Positions 48,944-62,300 of a stretch of DNA of 64,000 bases are shown piece after piece. A program made the translations under genes and the position numbers. Position 1 is the stretch's first letter. The number at the start of each line of letters is the position of its first letter. Source of the stretch: Azolla caroliniana (Eukaryota > Plantae > Polypodiophyta); NCBI GenBank assembly GCA_043228905.1, contig JBHGNT010000007.1:10726001-10790000 (forward strand), written 5' to 3'. Below the pieces are notes generated by a model. It saw only the letters and a list, made by a program, of their open reading frames with translations, did not search any database and had not been told where the DNA came from.

Positions 48944-51900
48944 ATGGACGAATCGTTTGGCGGCATGTTCAAGCTCACCGGCTCCAACTATTCAGTGTGG
49001 AAGTCGAAGATGAGGGACATGCTCGTGGCTAAAGACTTTTGGCTGTCGGTTCAGTTCGGGGACAAGAGACCGGACAAAATCGACGCCGCGATATGGCAGG
49101 TGATGCACATGAAGACAACGGCGTACATACGGTGCTTCATCGACATGAGCCTGTACAACAACTTCAATGAAGAGAGCAAGGCTCATGAGCTCTGGGAGTA
49201 GATCGGCATAATGTTTCAAAACAAAAATGCTGTTAATCAAGTTTCGGTATTCCGGAAGCTAGTAAGACTCCGGTACCAAGATGGCTCCAGCATGGCGGAG
49301 CATATGAATGCCTTCCTAGGGGCTGATATACCAGGCAACGTCATTGGAAGTACCTCTTGCCGATGAAGTATTAGCGCTACTCCTGCTTGGTTCCCTCCCG
49401 GATAGCTGGGAGACGTTGGTTGTCACTTTGGGCAACGCCGGGCCGGAAGGAAAACGGTTATCCCTAGCAAGAGTAAAGTCGAGCTTGCTAGATGAGGAGG
49501 CGCGTCAGAAAGACAAAGATACGAGCTCCGACTCCAAAGCGTTTCTTACCGAATCGGAACGCGGAAGAAAGAGAAACCGTAGTCCCCGGAACCGGGAGAA
49601 GTCGGGGACACGGTCAAAGTCAAGGGGGAGGCCTACTTGCTTCTATTGCGGCAAGCCGGGACACTTCCAAAAGAACTGTAGGCATTTCCGTAAAGACAAG
49701 GAAACCGACGGTACTGATTCGAAGCAAACCCCGGACCAGAACGGTAAAGACCGGAGGGGGCTAGACCGGAAGGGAACGACGGCAATCGCGGCAAGTGAAG
49801 AAGAGTTGATGCTCATCACCAAGGAGAGTGAAATAAACCTTGCCCGCAACGAGATGACCTGGGTGGTAGACTCCGGAGCGTTGTTCCACCTTACCCCGGA
49901 CTGGAAATGCTTCTCATCCTATTCAGCCGGTGATCACGGCTGTGTCCGGATGGGGAATGAAGGAACATGCCGAATTGTCGGCATAGGAGACGTGTGGCTG
50001 ACAACACCAACCGGATGCAAGTTGCTGCTGAAGGATGTCCGACACATTCCGGAAGTTCGTCTGAACCTGATATCAGTCGGTCGGCTAGATGATGAAGGCT
50101 ACACGGGTAGCATCCGGAACGGTGTCATGAAGTTCAGCAAAGGGAGCCTGATTGTGGCTCGGGCCCGGAAGGTCAACACGCTGTACCTGATGAATGCCCG
50201 GTTATGTCCGGAAGAAGTGAACGTGGCATCCGACACTGCCGGTGAGCTGTGGCACAAGAGGCTGTGTCATATGAGCGAGAAGGGGATGAAGAGGCTTGCA
50301 GAAGACAACCTCATTCCAGTGAAGAACGTGCACTTACAGAAGTGCACTGATTGTCTGGCCGGTAAGCAGAACCGGATCTCCTTCCGACCAAGACCACCGA
50401 TGAGACGTAATGCACCACTGGAGTTGGTGCATACGGATGTGTGTCAGGTAGACACGAAGTCACATGCCGGAGCGCAGTACTTCATGACGTTCATAGATGA
50501 CCACAGCCGGAAGCTGTGGGCCACACTGTTGAAGACGAAGGATCAGGTGTTATCCGTCTTCAAAGAGCTCCACGCGAAAGTGGAAAGAGAAACCGGCCGG
50601 AAGCTGAAGGCGGTTCGAGCAGATAACGGAGGAGAATACCGGGGGCAGTTCGAGGAGTACTGCCGCTCGAAGGGAATTCGGTTCGAATTTACTGTGCCGA
50701 AGACGCCGGAACTAAACGGGCTGGCTGAGAGGATGAACCGGACCATAATGGAGAGGGTCCGGAGTATGCTAGCGCATGCAAAACTACCCAAGAAGTTTTG
50801 GGCTGAGGCACTGTCGACGGCGACATATGTGATAAACAGATCACCCTCAGTACCCTTGGACGGAGACACGCCACAGAGAGTATGGACCGGTAAGGAAGTG
50901 TCCTACCAGCATCTGAGGGTGTTCCGGTGTCTCGCGTACGTGCATGTAGCAAAGGACCGGAGAGGAAAGTTAGATCCAAAGACCCGGTCATGCATATTCC
51001 TTGGTTACGGTGACGATGAGTTCGGCTACCGAGTGTGGGACCTGGTCGACAAGAAGGTATTCCGGAGTCGAGATATTATCTTCATGGAGGACAAGACGCT
51101 CGCCGACTGGGAGTCGGAGAAGAAGATAATGAACTCTCAGTCGACCAGTAAGGATAGACTCTACGATGAGCAGACCCAACTGGCAAGAGACCGGTTAGCA
51201 CTCGAGGAACCAGCCGTTTACGGTGAGGATACCGAACCGGCCGAAGAAGAAGTAGAGGAAGCTGAGACCGGAACCGGCCAAGACCCCGAATCAGATTCGG
51301 ATGAAGAGCAAATGGAGGAGCCGGCTACCGAAGCCCGAAGACATAGATATCCTCTCAGAGAGAGAAGGGCCCCCCGGAGATTTCCGGATGCAGAGCATGT
51401 GCTGCTGACCGATGAGGGAGAGCCGGAAAGCTTCAAAGAAGCGAAGGATGACACCCACAGACAAAAATGATTAAGTGCCATGCAGGACGAGATGGATTCC
51501 CTGCATGAGAACCATACATACGAATTAGTGGAATTGCCGAAAGGAAAGCGGGAACTCCGAAATAAGTGGGTGTACAAGTTGAAACCGGGAGATGCCGACA
51601 ACCCCCCGAGATACAAAGCCAGGATCGTGGTGAAGGGGTTCTAGCAGAAGAAGGGCATGGACTTCGACGAGATATTTGCCCTGGTAGTAAAGATGACCTC
51701 CATCCGGACTGTGCTGAGTATAGCAGCAAGCATGGACCTTGAGGTAGAGCAGCTGGACGTGAAGACGACATTCCTTCACGGCGACCTCGAAGAGGAGATC
51801 TACATGCAGCAACCAGAAGGATATGTGGAGAAAGGGAAGGAGAACCTGGTATGCCGGTTGAAGAAGAGCCTGTACAGACTGAAGCAGGCTCCCCGGCAAT

Positions 51901-52991
51901 GGTACCGGAAGTTCGACTCCTTCATGACCGATCAAGGGTACCACAAGACGTAGGCCGATCACTGCGTGTTTGTGAAGAAGTTCGAAGTAGGGGACTTCCT
52001 GATACTCCTCCTGTACGTGGCTGACATGTTGATCGTCGGACGAGACCAAGTCAAAATACGGATGCTGAAGAAGGCTCTCAACCAGACCTTCTCAATGAAA
52101 GACTTGGGTCCGGCAAGACAGATGTTGGGGATGCACATCACTCGGGACCGGTCAGTGAAGCAATTATGCCTGTCACAGGAGAAGTATGTGACAAAGGTGC
52201 TTCACCGGTTCAACATGTCAAAAGCAAAACCGGTCGGATCGACACTTCCGGCAAATTGCAAGCTGTCCGGTAAGCAAAGCCCGAAGACGAAAGCAGAGAA
52301 GGCGGATATGATGAAGATTCCATATGCCTCTGCCGTCGGGAGCTTGATGTACGCAATGGTGTGTACCCGACCGGACATAGGATACGCAGTCGGAGTGGTG
52401 AGCCGGTTTATGAGCAATCCCGGCAAGGAGCACTGGAACGCGGTCAAATGGATACTCCGGTATTTGAAGGGCACTTCAAATATGTGTCTCTGATTCGGCT
52501 CAGGAAAACCTCAACTGGACGGTTTCACCGATTCGGACATGTCGGCTGATGTGGATACCAGCCGGTCTACATCCGGGTATGTGATGACATATGCAGGGGG
52601 AGCTGTTTCGTGGCAGTCGAGGCTACAAAAGACGGTTGCATTGTCAACCACAGAGGCGGAGTACATGGCGGCTGTGGAAGCCTGCAAGGAAATTTTATGG
52701 ATGAAGGACTTCATCGGAGAGCTCGGTATACGGCAAGAGCAATATCGACTCTACTGCGACAGTCAAAGTGCCATCCACATTGCTAAGAATGCGGCCTACC
52801 ATTCCCGGACGAAGCATATCCAAAGGAGGTATCACTGGATCCGGGAAAGACTAGATGACCAAGAGTTCGCACTGACGAAGATCCACACGGCCGAGAACGG
52901 GTCAGATATGCTGACCAAAGTGCTAATACCCGACAAGCTGGACGCATGTCGGAAGAGGATCAGACTGGTAAGACACCCCATGCCGGAGTGA
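48944..52991 (+). pseudogene. Copia gag-pol (gag, zinc knuckle, PR, INT, RT, RH) with several premature stops and a frameshift
   Basis: 708-aa ORF 49344-51470 with CFYCGKPGHFQKNC and WVVDSGA. Stops end at 49201, 51470, about 51644, 51953 and 52493; YVDD has become YVAD. Confidence 0.95.
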
Positions 52992-53042
52992 AGGGGGAGT
53001 TTGTTGAGAGACAGGTCCCTCCGGATGGGAAGGGAGAAGAAA

Positions 53043-53319
53043 CCGGATGAGGAGTACCTGGCTACGGAGAGCCGGATGGTGCAGGCCCGGTACGAACCAG
53101 ATGAGGAGTACCCGGCTACGGAGAGCCGGATGGTGCAGGCCCGGTACGAACCGGATGAGGAGTACCCGGCTACTGAGAGCCGGATGGTGCAGGCCCGGTA
53201 CGAACCGGATGAGGAGTACCCGACTACGGAGAGCCGGATGGTGCAGGCCCGGTACGAACCGGATGAGGAGTACCCGGCTACGAAGAGCCGGATGGTGCAG
53301 ATCCGGTATGAACCGGAGG
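53043..53319. repeat. 5 x 54-bp tandem repeat in 3' LTR U3
   Basis: Same unit as 48180-48456. Confidence 0.95.
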
Positions 53320-56300
53320 AAGAGACATATTCGTAAATATGTTTCTGAGAGCCCATCGTGGCTATATTTGTAAATAGCCAAAAAATCATATTAGTATAAA
53401 TATGACTTAGGGCAAACTTTTAGTTGTAGTGGTTGTCATTCTTCCTTGTTGGTGCAAGAAGAAGAGAGAGTGCGTAACTGTACAGAGAGAGAGAGAGAGA
53501 CGAGGTCGTTGCCTCTGTTGTAACCGCCGCCTGTGGCGAAGATCTGTGAGCACGAGGTCGTTGCCTCAGTGAACTCACTGTTGTATATTCCTACATAGTG
53601 ACAGTTTGCAACTTGTGGGCTGCCATGGTTTTTTCCCCTAGTTTGGGGTTTTTCCACGTAAACCTCCTGTGTATCTTTCTCCTCTTTGTGTCGTGTTCTA
53701 TTTCCCGTTTTCTGTGAATGAAAAGAATCTTGGTTGTGGCCGAGCGTTGGACATAAGGAACGTTGGGTTCCCGTCAAGGGGGTCGGACATTGTAGAAACC
53801 ATGGCTTCGGCTGTGAACCGTATAGTGAGTGCGCATGAAGGCACCGACGCCCTTGATAGGGCTATCGAGGCGGTTGTCGGTACGATCGGCCGGTTTAGTG
53901 GGAAGGATGCCACGAGCTACTTGGCATGCTACCGGGCTGAGATGGTAATGAGGGACATTCCGGAAGAGAGGCGACTAGTCGGATTCCCTCGAGTGGCGAT
54001 GCCGGGCATCCATGCAGAGGTGCTCGAGGTACGGGCCGAGAGCCGGACCTGGGATGATAGCCCGTATAACCATAAAATGGTGTGACCTTAGTCGATGAGT
54101 GGACAGAGTTATTATACGCAAATTTGGCGAAATGGAGAATATCCGCCCAGTCATTTTAACGATAGCTTAGAAAACATTGAAGATATTGTTCCAATGTTTG
54201 ATTTGTTCATTCTGCTTGTCCGTCTGTTTGCGGGTGGTAGCCGGAGGAGAGGTTACAAGTGACCTTGAACATTTTGAAGAGGTGCTTCCAGAATTTCGAG
54301 ACGAACTGGGGTCCACGGTCGCTAATGATACTGTTGGGGAGGCCATGATGCCGACATACCCCATGCATGACAGTTTTGGTGGTTTCTTCACTAGTGATTT
54401 CCTTAATACATGGCAGGAAATGAGTCATCTTCGTATATCGATCTACTACTGTTAAGATCGCATTGAATCCCTTAGAGACTGGAAGATCTGTGATGAAATC
54501 TAGAGCAATGGATTGCCACGACTTGCTTGGAATTGGTAATGGTTCCAATAAACCATATAGATGGTGTCTTGGCATCTTTGCTCTGCAAGATGTATCACAT
54601 GTCCGAACATAATCTTCGACAAATTGTTGCATATGAGGCCACCAAAATGATCGTTGTACTAAATCTTACGTTTTAGTACTACCAAAATGCCCAGATGTAT
54701 ATGTGTCATGACATTTTTGGACTACTCGAAGGCGACAAGAACCATTAGGATTGTACATTAGCTTCTAAAAGAATAGTAATCCATCATGACATTCAAATTA
54801 TCGATAATCCGTACCTGGTTGTTGCGACTGTGAAGAAGATGCCCGAGAGGGATCAATTTGTGCTAGAATGGCTTCAGCGAAACCATCTGTCTTCAATTCC
54901 TCACGTAGGGTATTGATAATGTGGGAATCCAATGGCATATTGAAAACCTGCGTTGCTTGTAGTCGTGCCGGTCCCAGGATTACTTGCTTTTGGCTATGAA
55001 ATGCTGGCTCACCGGGACACAGTGCTAGATACGAGCACCACAATAACACATCTGCCTTCCCTTGATGCTGCCCAGGAAGATATGTAACTTTGAAGTCGAA
55101 ACAAGTGAGGAATTAGGCCTACCGAGCTTGGTGTCGATTTAATACACGAGCATTCTAGAAGTAGGCAAGATTTTTATGATCACTGAATACGATGACTTGA
55201 TGAGAAGATCCCTCTAGGAAATGCTTCCATCGCATAAAAGAGTCCACTATTGCTAATAGCTCTTTATTGTGAATTTCATAGTTGATTTCGATGGCGTTAA
55301 ACTTGCGTGAGTGGAAAGCCACAAGATGTAGTTTTTCATCATTGCCTTGTTGTGAAAGAATGCTACCCAAGGTGAAATCCGACACGTCTACCTCAATGAT
55401 GAATGGTTTTGTCGGATCAACATGAGCTAGAATAGGAGCTGATGTAAATGCCTTCTTAAGACTCTCAAATGCCATGTCCGCTTCTTTAGACCAAACAAAC
55501 GACTACCCCTTCTTGGTAAGTTGTGTGAGAGGGAGAATAAGCTTTGAGTAATCCTGAAACTTGCAGTAGAAATTGGCAAATCCTAAAAATTATTGCACAT
55601 CTCGCAATGAATGTTGAGTCTACCACTCTACCACAGTTTTGACCTTAGCTAGATCGATAGAGATGCCTTACGAGGAGAAGACATAGCTAAGAAATTCCAC
55701 CTGGTTGCACTCGAAGCTACATTTTTCTAGTTTTGCATAAAGACCATGTTCTCGAAGCCGTTTTAGTACTAACAGTACATGAGAATCATGCTCTTCTTGG
55801 GTCTTCGAATAAACTAGTAGATCATCCAAATAGATGATCAAACAAACATCCAAAAGATCTCGGAATATATCATTTACCATGTGTTGGAAGACTATTGGTG
55901 CATTAGTGAGATCGAGTGGCGTGACCGTATACTCGAAGTGCCCATATCTGGCATGGAATGTGGTCTTCCATTCATCTCCTGGTCAGATCCGTACGAGGTT
56001 ATATGCTCCTCGTAAGTCAATCTTTGTGAAGAACCTTGAACCATTGTTCCGTTCTAAAAGACTTGAGATAACGGGAAGTGCATACCTATTCCTAATGGTG
56101 ACCTTATTCAAGCCGTGGTAGTCTATGACGAGACGAAGTGATCCATTCTTTTTCGTGACGAAGAAAATGGGTGCGTCAGGTGGAGATTTCGAATGTCGAA
56201 TGAAACCGTTTTCCAAATTCTCCTCTATATAGGCTAGAAGGACTTCTAGCTTGGTTGGTGACAAATTGTAGATTGGTCCCCATGGTGGTTCTTTTTCCGA

Positions 56301-56434
56301 TTGTAAATCGATGGGGCAATCATACGGTCGGTGGTGAGGAAGCGTATTGGATGTACTTTATTGAACACATTAGCATATTGATGATACTTCTCTGGAAGTT
56401 GAACTGTGGATTCCTCTTTAGTAGTGTCGGAAGG

Positions 56435-57139
56435 TGATAGGGTGTATAAGACAAAGGGTAATCTTATACTATATGAGGGTTTGACCAAACCGGTTAGCTG
56501 GAGTTGTGACGCATAATATATTATATAGATCAAGGTATCTACGAACGAGAGAGAGAGACTCAAGAAATTAAGAAAAAAGATAGAGAAGATGAGAAAGAGA
56601 TAAGATTGTTATGATATTCCAATATCAAGACAATACAAAGGAGATAAAATCCACATTCAACTAAGAAACCAAAGACCTTCTTACTACCAATCACTCAAAC
56701 CCACAATTAAGACCCCTCCTCTTCCACTAAGACCCTTCTTCCTAATCCTCCTCCTCCTCCTCCCACTAAGACCTTCCCCTTCTCTATTAAGACCCCTTCT
56801 CTATTATAATTTTCTTCTTCCTCCTCATTCACGCTATTTTTAGAAGCTTTTTATCTCCTATTTTTAGCTCCAAATTTAGTGATTTAAAACGCTATAGATA
56901 TCTCTCTTTACAAGCTTTCTAACCTATATTTGGGTGACAAACAAAGGAGTTATGACCATTCCTTTTTTACTGTTTTTTATGGTCCTCTTTTTCTCTTTTT
57001 ACTTTTCTATTGGTCTCTTACTTTTACTTTTGACTTCTTCCTAAGGTCTTGGTTCGTGTTCTTAGCCTCTAAATGTGAGTTATCCATACTTTATATTCTT
57101 CTAATGTTCAATGGCTTAGATTCTAAAAACACTTTCACA
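56435..57139. mobile_element. Solo LTR (705 bp) inserted between chromovirus protease and RT
   Basis: TG...CA ends with perfect 5-bp TSD gaagg; the host frame FVFAVSVKP|SDTTKEE rejoins across it. Confidence 0.88.
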
Positions 57140-59279
57140 GAAGGTTTTACTGATACTGCGAAGACAAAAATTGCTTCCTTGCGTACTTCCTCATGCAGTT
57201 GATGTAGCGAAATGGTTGCAATCTTATGAGTAGATCCTCGGATTTGTCAATACTGGATTTCTCTTGTTCTCTAATCTATGTCTGGGTTATGTAATTCGAA
57301 CCATGGTAATCCCAAGACAATTGGATGATCTGGACTACTAATTATATTAAATGATACTACACACACCAAGTTATCTAGGACAACTTGAATTGGCTCTGAC
57401 TCCTCTACGATTTTTCCGGAAGCAATGGGACAACCATCAATAACTACTATGGATGCTAGGCAAGAAAGTTTTCTTAGGGATATCTTATGATCTTGGGAAA
57501 AATTCCTATCCATGAAGCAAGAGTTGGCATGTAAGAGTGTTAAGACATGTATTGGAGGAGTACTTTTAGTACTAGTCATTACTTGACCTAAGAACACATT
57601 GCTAACTTGCTTAGAGGAAATGGAACCACTAATGGGCTACACAGATCTAGGGATGTTCAACCAAACGGCTCCTATTTTGGCTAGACTTAATCGTTTAACT
57701 CTTCTTCTAGTTGACTAAGGATTTCAAATTTGTTTGAAATTCTTGGGCTATTAGGACTATCAAACACACCTACGGAAATAGATTCGGGTTTAGTACTATT
57801 AGTACTAGCAGTTATTTCATTTACCTGCTTTCTTGGTCGATGGGGATAGTTCATTACAATATGCCCTGGTCCACCACAATAAAGACATAATCGATTTGCC
57901 CGACGTTGCTATTTTTTGTCTTCTGATAGTGGTCCGCGACGACGTGTGGTGTCGATTTCCATTGGAGTCGGAGTATTTATTGGAGACATATTAAATGACT
58001 CCCTTAGGAAAGGCTTTGTTACAACTGAAGCATAGGGGGGCTCCGATCTTGCCCAAGGCATTTGAAACTTACGTTCCGAACATCGTTCGAAGAGGCGGTT
58101 ATCGCATCGTACTACGCAATTGATTGCTTCTATCAATGACTTTGGTTCTTCGGGGAAGGTCAAGAGTAAATCCTTGACATCGTTACGTAGGCCATAACGA
58201 AATTGCTCCATTAATGCTTGGTCATCCTAGGGGATATCAGAGGTGAGTAGACGGAAATCTGCAGCGTATGCGGAGGCTGGATGGTCACCTTGACTAATCG
58301 CCAGATTTTTTTGATTACTATCCTTATGGTATCAGTATTTCCAAAACAGTCTTTAAACTCACTTATAAACTCTTCAAAATTGTTTAGTAATGGAGATTCC
58401 TTTTCTTACAATGCAGCAAACCATGCCAAAGCCGAACCACTTAACAACATGCCTACTAGAGCCACTCGTGATGCATTGGTGGGATATCGGGAAGGATGCA
58501 TTTGAATGACTAATCGTACTTGATAAGGAATCCTCTAAACTGTGATCGCGTTTGATCGAATTTCATCGGAAGGCCGATCTTGGGTTCTTTATGAATCCCT
58601 TGCGTACTTGGTCCTTGTTATTTCAATGCTACAATGGTCGCTACGAGCTATTGCACGTGTAACGCTAGTTCCCCATGTTGTTGTTGCGTCTGGTGCTTCA
58701 CTAAGGAGATTTGTTGAAGACCCCCCAACAGTCGTTGATTTTCTTGTTCCAATGCGAGAAACTTCTTTTTCAAGCATTGCAATTTTGAGAAAACGGATTG
58801 ATATTCTTGAGCGCTAATAGTGGCCATAGTATGAGAGAAAAGAGGAATAAGAGATTAGTATGAAGGGAGGGAGAAGTAAGAGGATAAAAGGAAGAGGATA
58901 AAAGGAAGAGGAAGGAGACCCCAAAATTGGTTCAAACTGTCAGGAATAGTACTAAGACAGAGAAGTAATTCGTACTAAAAGATGAGGATTAGTACTAAGA
59001 CAGGTGTAAAACTCTCAAGAGAAGGAAAGTGTGTGAGAGAGAGGGAGAGAGACTGATGATAACAAAAGATATATATTAGGTGAGGAGAATATATAGTAGT
59101 AGCTAGGAGGCTTAAGACTGGCGTTGAACTGACTTGGTTCGAAATAATGCCTTGTGCCTCCTTATATAGTGTTTTCAAGAGTACTCCTAAAGTTTCTAGA
59201 ATGTTCTGGAGAAATCTGGAATATACATCAATTTTCTATAGCGAAATAATAAATGAAAATAGTATCTTTCGTATTACAA

Positions 59280-59345
59280 TGTACAGTCTAATGGCAAGGG
59301 CTCGACCCATGTAACATAAGGTCATGGGTTCAAATCTTGTCATAT
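59280..59345 (+). other. Degenerate tRNA-like Pol III A/B-box segment at the U3 edge of the chromovirus LTR (partly deleted copy at 46592-46643)
   Basis: CAGTCTAATGGCAAGG...ATGGGTTCAAATCTTGT. Confidence 0.55.
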
Positions 59346-62300
59346 CATGACAACAAATGATTCAGCCAACAATGCTTACGTATTAGAAGGTTCGACTGAT
59401 CGATCAAATAGCCATGGAAGAGGTTCATTATGACATCTGAGCAATCAACGATGTCGGAGCAAGTCCCGGAATAATCAAGTTTGCAATTACTGAAAGAAGC
59501 CCGGACACATCAAAGCCGATTGCCGTGCACTCAAGGCCAAAAACAATAAGGCTCATCAAGCCGATCAAAAGAGTGGCCGACACGAGGAGATCAACTATGT
59601 CGGCTCTACAACCGAATCATATTATCGAACGACACGAACATACTATCAATTGAGAACCCAATCGAATTAGAAGTTTTGCTTACGACTGAAGAATCGAGCG
59701 CATGGCTCTTAGATTTGGGTGCGTCCTTTCATGTGACTCCTCATCGATCCCAATTCCGGCAATACATGGCCCGCCATTCCGACTCAGTTCGAGTAGGAAA
59801 TTCACAACACTGCGACATAATTGGAATCGGCACGGTAGAGCTCAACCTTGCGGGTGGCTCTACTTAGTACTACACAATATCCGACATGTACCTAAGCTCT
59901 CTAGACCACTGATCTCAGTTGGACAATTGGATGAAGACGACATTCATGCTGGCTTCACATCAGGAGGGTGGATGCTCCATAGGGGGAACCTCCTGCTTGC
60001 TCGAGGACCGAATATACACTCATTATATCACTTGCACATCACAGTCAGAGAGGGTGACCTATTTCTGGTTGACATCCCCGTGTCATCACTATGGCATGGA
60101 CGACTCAGACACCTCAACAAGGCCGGCATCACGCACTTATCTAGAGCCGGATATGTCGCCAAACTCTCCTTCTTGGATCATTAGTTCTGTGAGCATTGCT
60201 AATACGGCAAACACACAACCGCAACACACCCATCATTCGCCCCGAGAGAATCAAGTCCGCTCGATTTGGTCCACTCGGACGTCTATGGTCCTATGCCACA
60301 ACAATCTCTTAGCGGTGCTTCATACTTTGTCAGCTTCATTGACGACTCAACTCGGAAGGTGTGGGCTTATCGGATCAAAACCAAAGATCAAGTGTTCTCG
60401 ATCTTCTCTGATTGGATCGTTATGGTTGAGAACCAGTCCGGCCGAAAACTGAAATGCTTTCGGACTGATAATGGGGGAGAGTTCAAGTCGGAGGAATTTG
60501 TCAAATTTTGCCGACAACACGGCATTAGACGTGAATTTACGGCACCCCACAGTTCGGAACAGAATGGAATGGCCGAGCGAATGAATCGGACAATTCAAGA
60601 AAGGATAGTTTCCATGCTCCAACAGTCTGGAGTGTCGGATAGTTACTAGACAGAGGCCCTACTTGTGGCAGTACACATAATCAATATGTCTCCGAGTAGG
60701 CCTCTAGGACTTCGGATCCCTCAGGAATTATGGACCGGGAGTAAGACAAATTATGACAAGGTGAGGATTTTCGGATGCGAGGTGTATGGCCTCATCCTGA
60801 AAGATGATCGTTGCAAACTTGCACCAAGGTCCACAAAATGTACTTTCCTCTGTTATGGACCAGATGGCAAAATGGGATACCGACTCTGGGACACCAAACA
60901 CAGACAGATTGTCCGATGTTCAGAAGCCATGTTCAATGAATCGGCCATGCATCAATCTATCAACAAGGCTCCGATTGAAGTCCGAAGGGTAATTTTTTCC
61001 GATGCGCCAACCCTTCACAAAGGACCAGATCACAACACGCGGTCAGCTTCATGGGTAGCTGCACCCTCTAACATCGAATCAGCTTTGGACCATCTGACCA
61101 CGACACCTGATGTGGCCAGTCTAGTCATACCTCGATGATCCGAGAGACTATCGCAACCCCCAGAGAGATACTCTTATGGTATCTTCCTCACGGATGCCCG
61201 AGAACCGACGTCATACGAAGAAGCATTGGCATCAACCGACTCGGTCACCTCGCATTTGGCAATGGAGTTCGAAATGAACTCCATTCATGCAAAGAATGTG
61301 CTCTTCCGTGTAAGTGGGTCTATCGAGTTAAGGAAACATCTGATTCAGCCACCTCGAAATTCAAGGCCAGATTAGTAGCAAAGGGTCATCGATAGGAATA
61401 CGGCGTCGGTTTCGACGAAATCTTTTTAGCAATGGTCTTTATGCTCGGCATAGTGGCAGTCGAGAATTTGGAGTTGATTCAGTTAGATGCCGGAACAACT
61501 TTCCTCCATGGTGATCTTGAGGAGGAAATTTATATGGAGCAGCCGAAAGGCTTCGTGGTGTCCGGTCAAGAACATCTAGTCTGTTGATTCAGGAAGAGTC
61601 TTTACGGCTTGAAACAGGCGCTGCGACAGTGGTACAAGAAGTTTGAGGACTTCATCCAATCGATCGGCTTCTCAAAAAGTGACAAGGACCACTATCTCTT
61701 CACGAAAATAGCTCGGGATGGATCACCCATCTTCCTCATCATCTATATGGACGACATGCTCATCTTAGTTCACCATGCCAGAGAACTCACCGAACTTGTT
61801 TAGCAACTGCGGTTGAAGTTCACCATGAAGGACCTTGGTCTGGCTCGACACATTCTTGGCATGAAAATAAGTCAGAATCGAAATCGAAGACAATTGTTTC
61901 TATCTCAATCCGACTACATTGGACATGTCTTGGAACGCTTCAACATGCAACCGGCAAAATCAGCTTCAACCCCGCTCCCCATTAGTACTTGATTGTCTCA
62001 ACGAGACTACCCGACATCCGGTCCAAAGGGGGAGATTATGAAGTCAGTACCGCATGCACCGGCAATAGGCTCCTTGATGTACACGATGGTTGCAATAGAC
62101 ATCGCTCACGCCGTTGGAGTCTTCAGTAGATTTATGCACAATCCTCACCAATCGCATTGGAACGCAATCAAGTATATGTTTAGATATCTAGTGTGCACAA
62201 AAGACCTTGGTATTCTATTCGGCCCAAATGACATCTCAGGCGTAGTCGGATACACCGATTTGAACTTTGCAGGTTGCGTAGACAATTGTAAATTGACAAC

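Larger units (their letters stand above)
48139..53776 (+). mobile_element. Structurally complete Ty1/copia element; 775-bp LTRs at 48139-48913 and 53002-53776
   Basis: Perfect TSD agggg, PBS TGGTATCAGAGC at 48916-48927, PPT gaagggggag, and about 27 LTR mismatches counted by eye. Confidence 0.97.
47398..54050 (+). mobile_element. 3'-truncated Trp-primed gypsy: 5' LTR 47398-48087, PBS 48092-48109, gag start 53782-54050; split by a copia
   Basis: TGTCG...TGACA LTR, TGGTGAACCCGACGTGAA, and gag MASAVNRIVSAHEGTDALDRAIE similar to 4062-4490. Confidence 0.88.
46258..59352 (-). mobile_element. Ty3/gypsy chromovirus (Tcn1-like); LTRs 46258-46651 and 58938-59352
   Basis: TSD gcaaa/acaaa; PPT gaaggggggatag next to 46651; gag 57909-58500, protease 57271-57597, RT YLDD 55668-56264, RH 55155-55475, INT 54207-54632, chromodomain YEVVAILDS..YLVDWLGY. 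Confidence 0.93.

Noticed and set aside
49344-51470. 708-aa ORF as an active polyprotein
   Set aside because: It is one piece of a gag-pol with multiple stops, a frameshift and a mutated YVDD motif.
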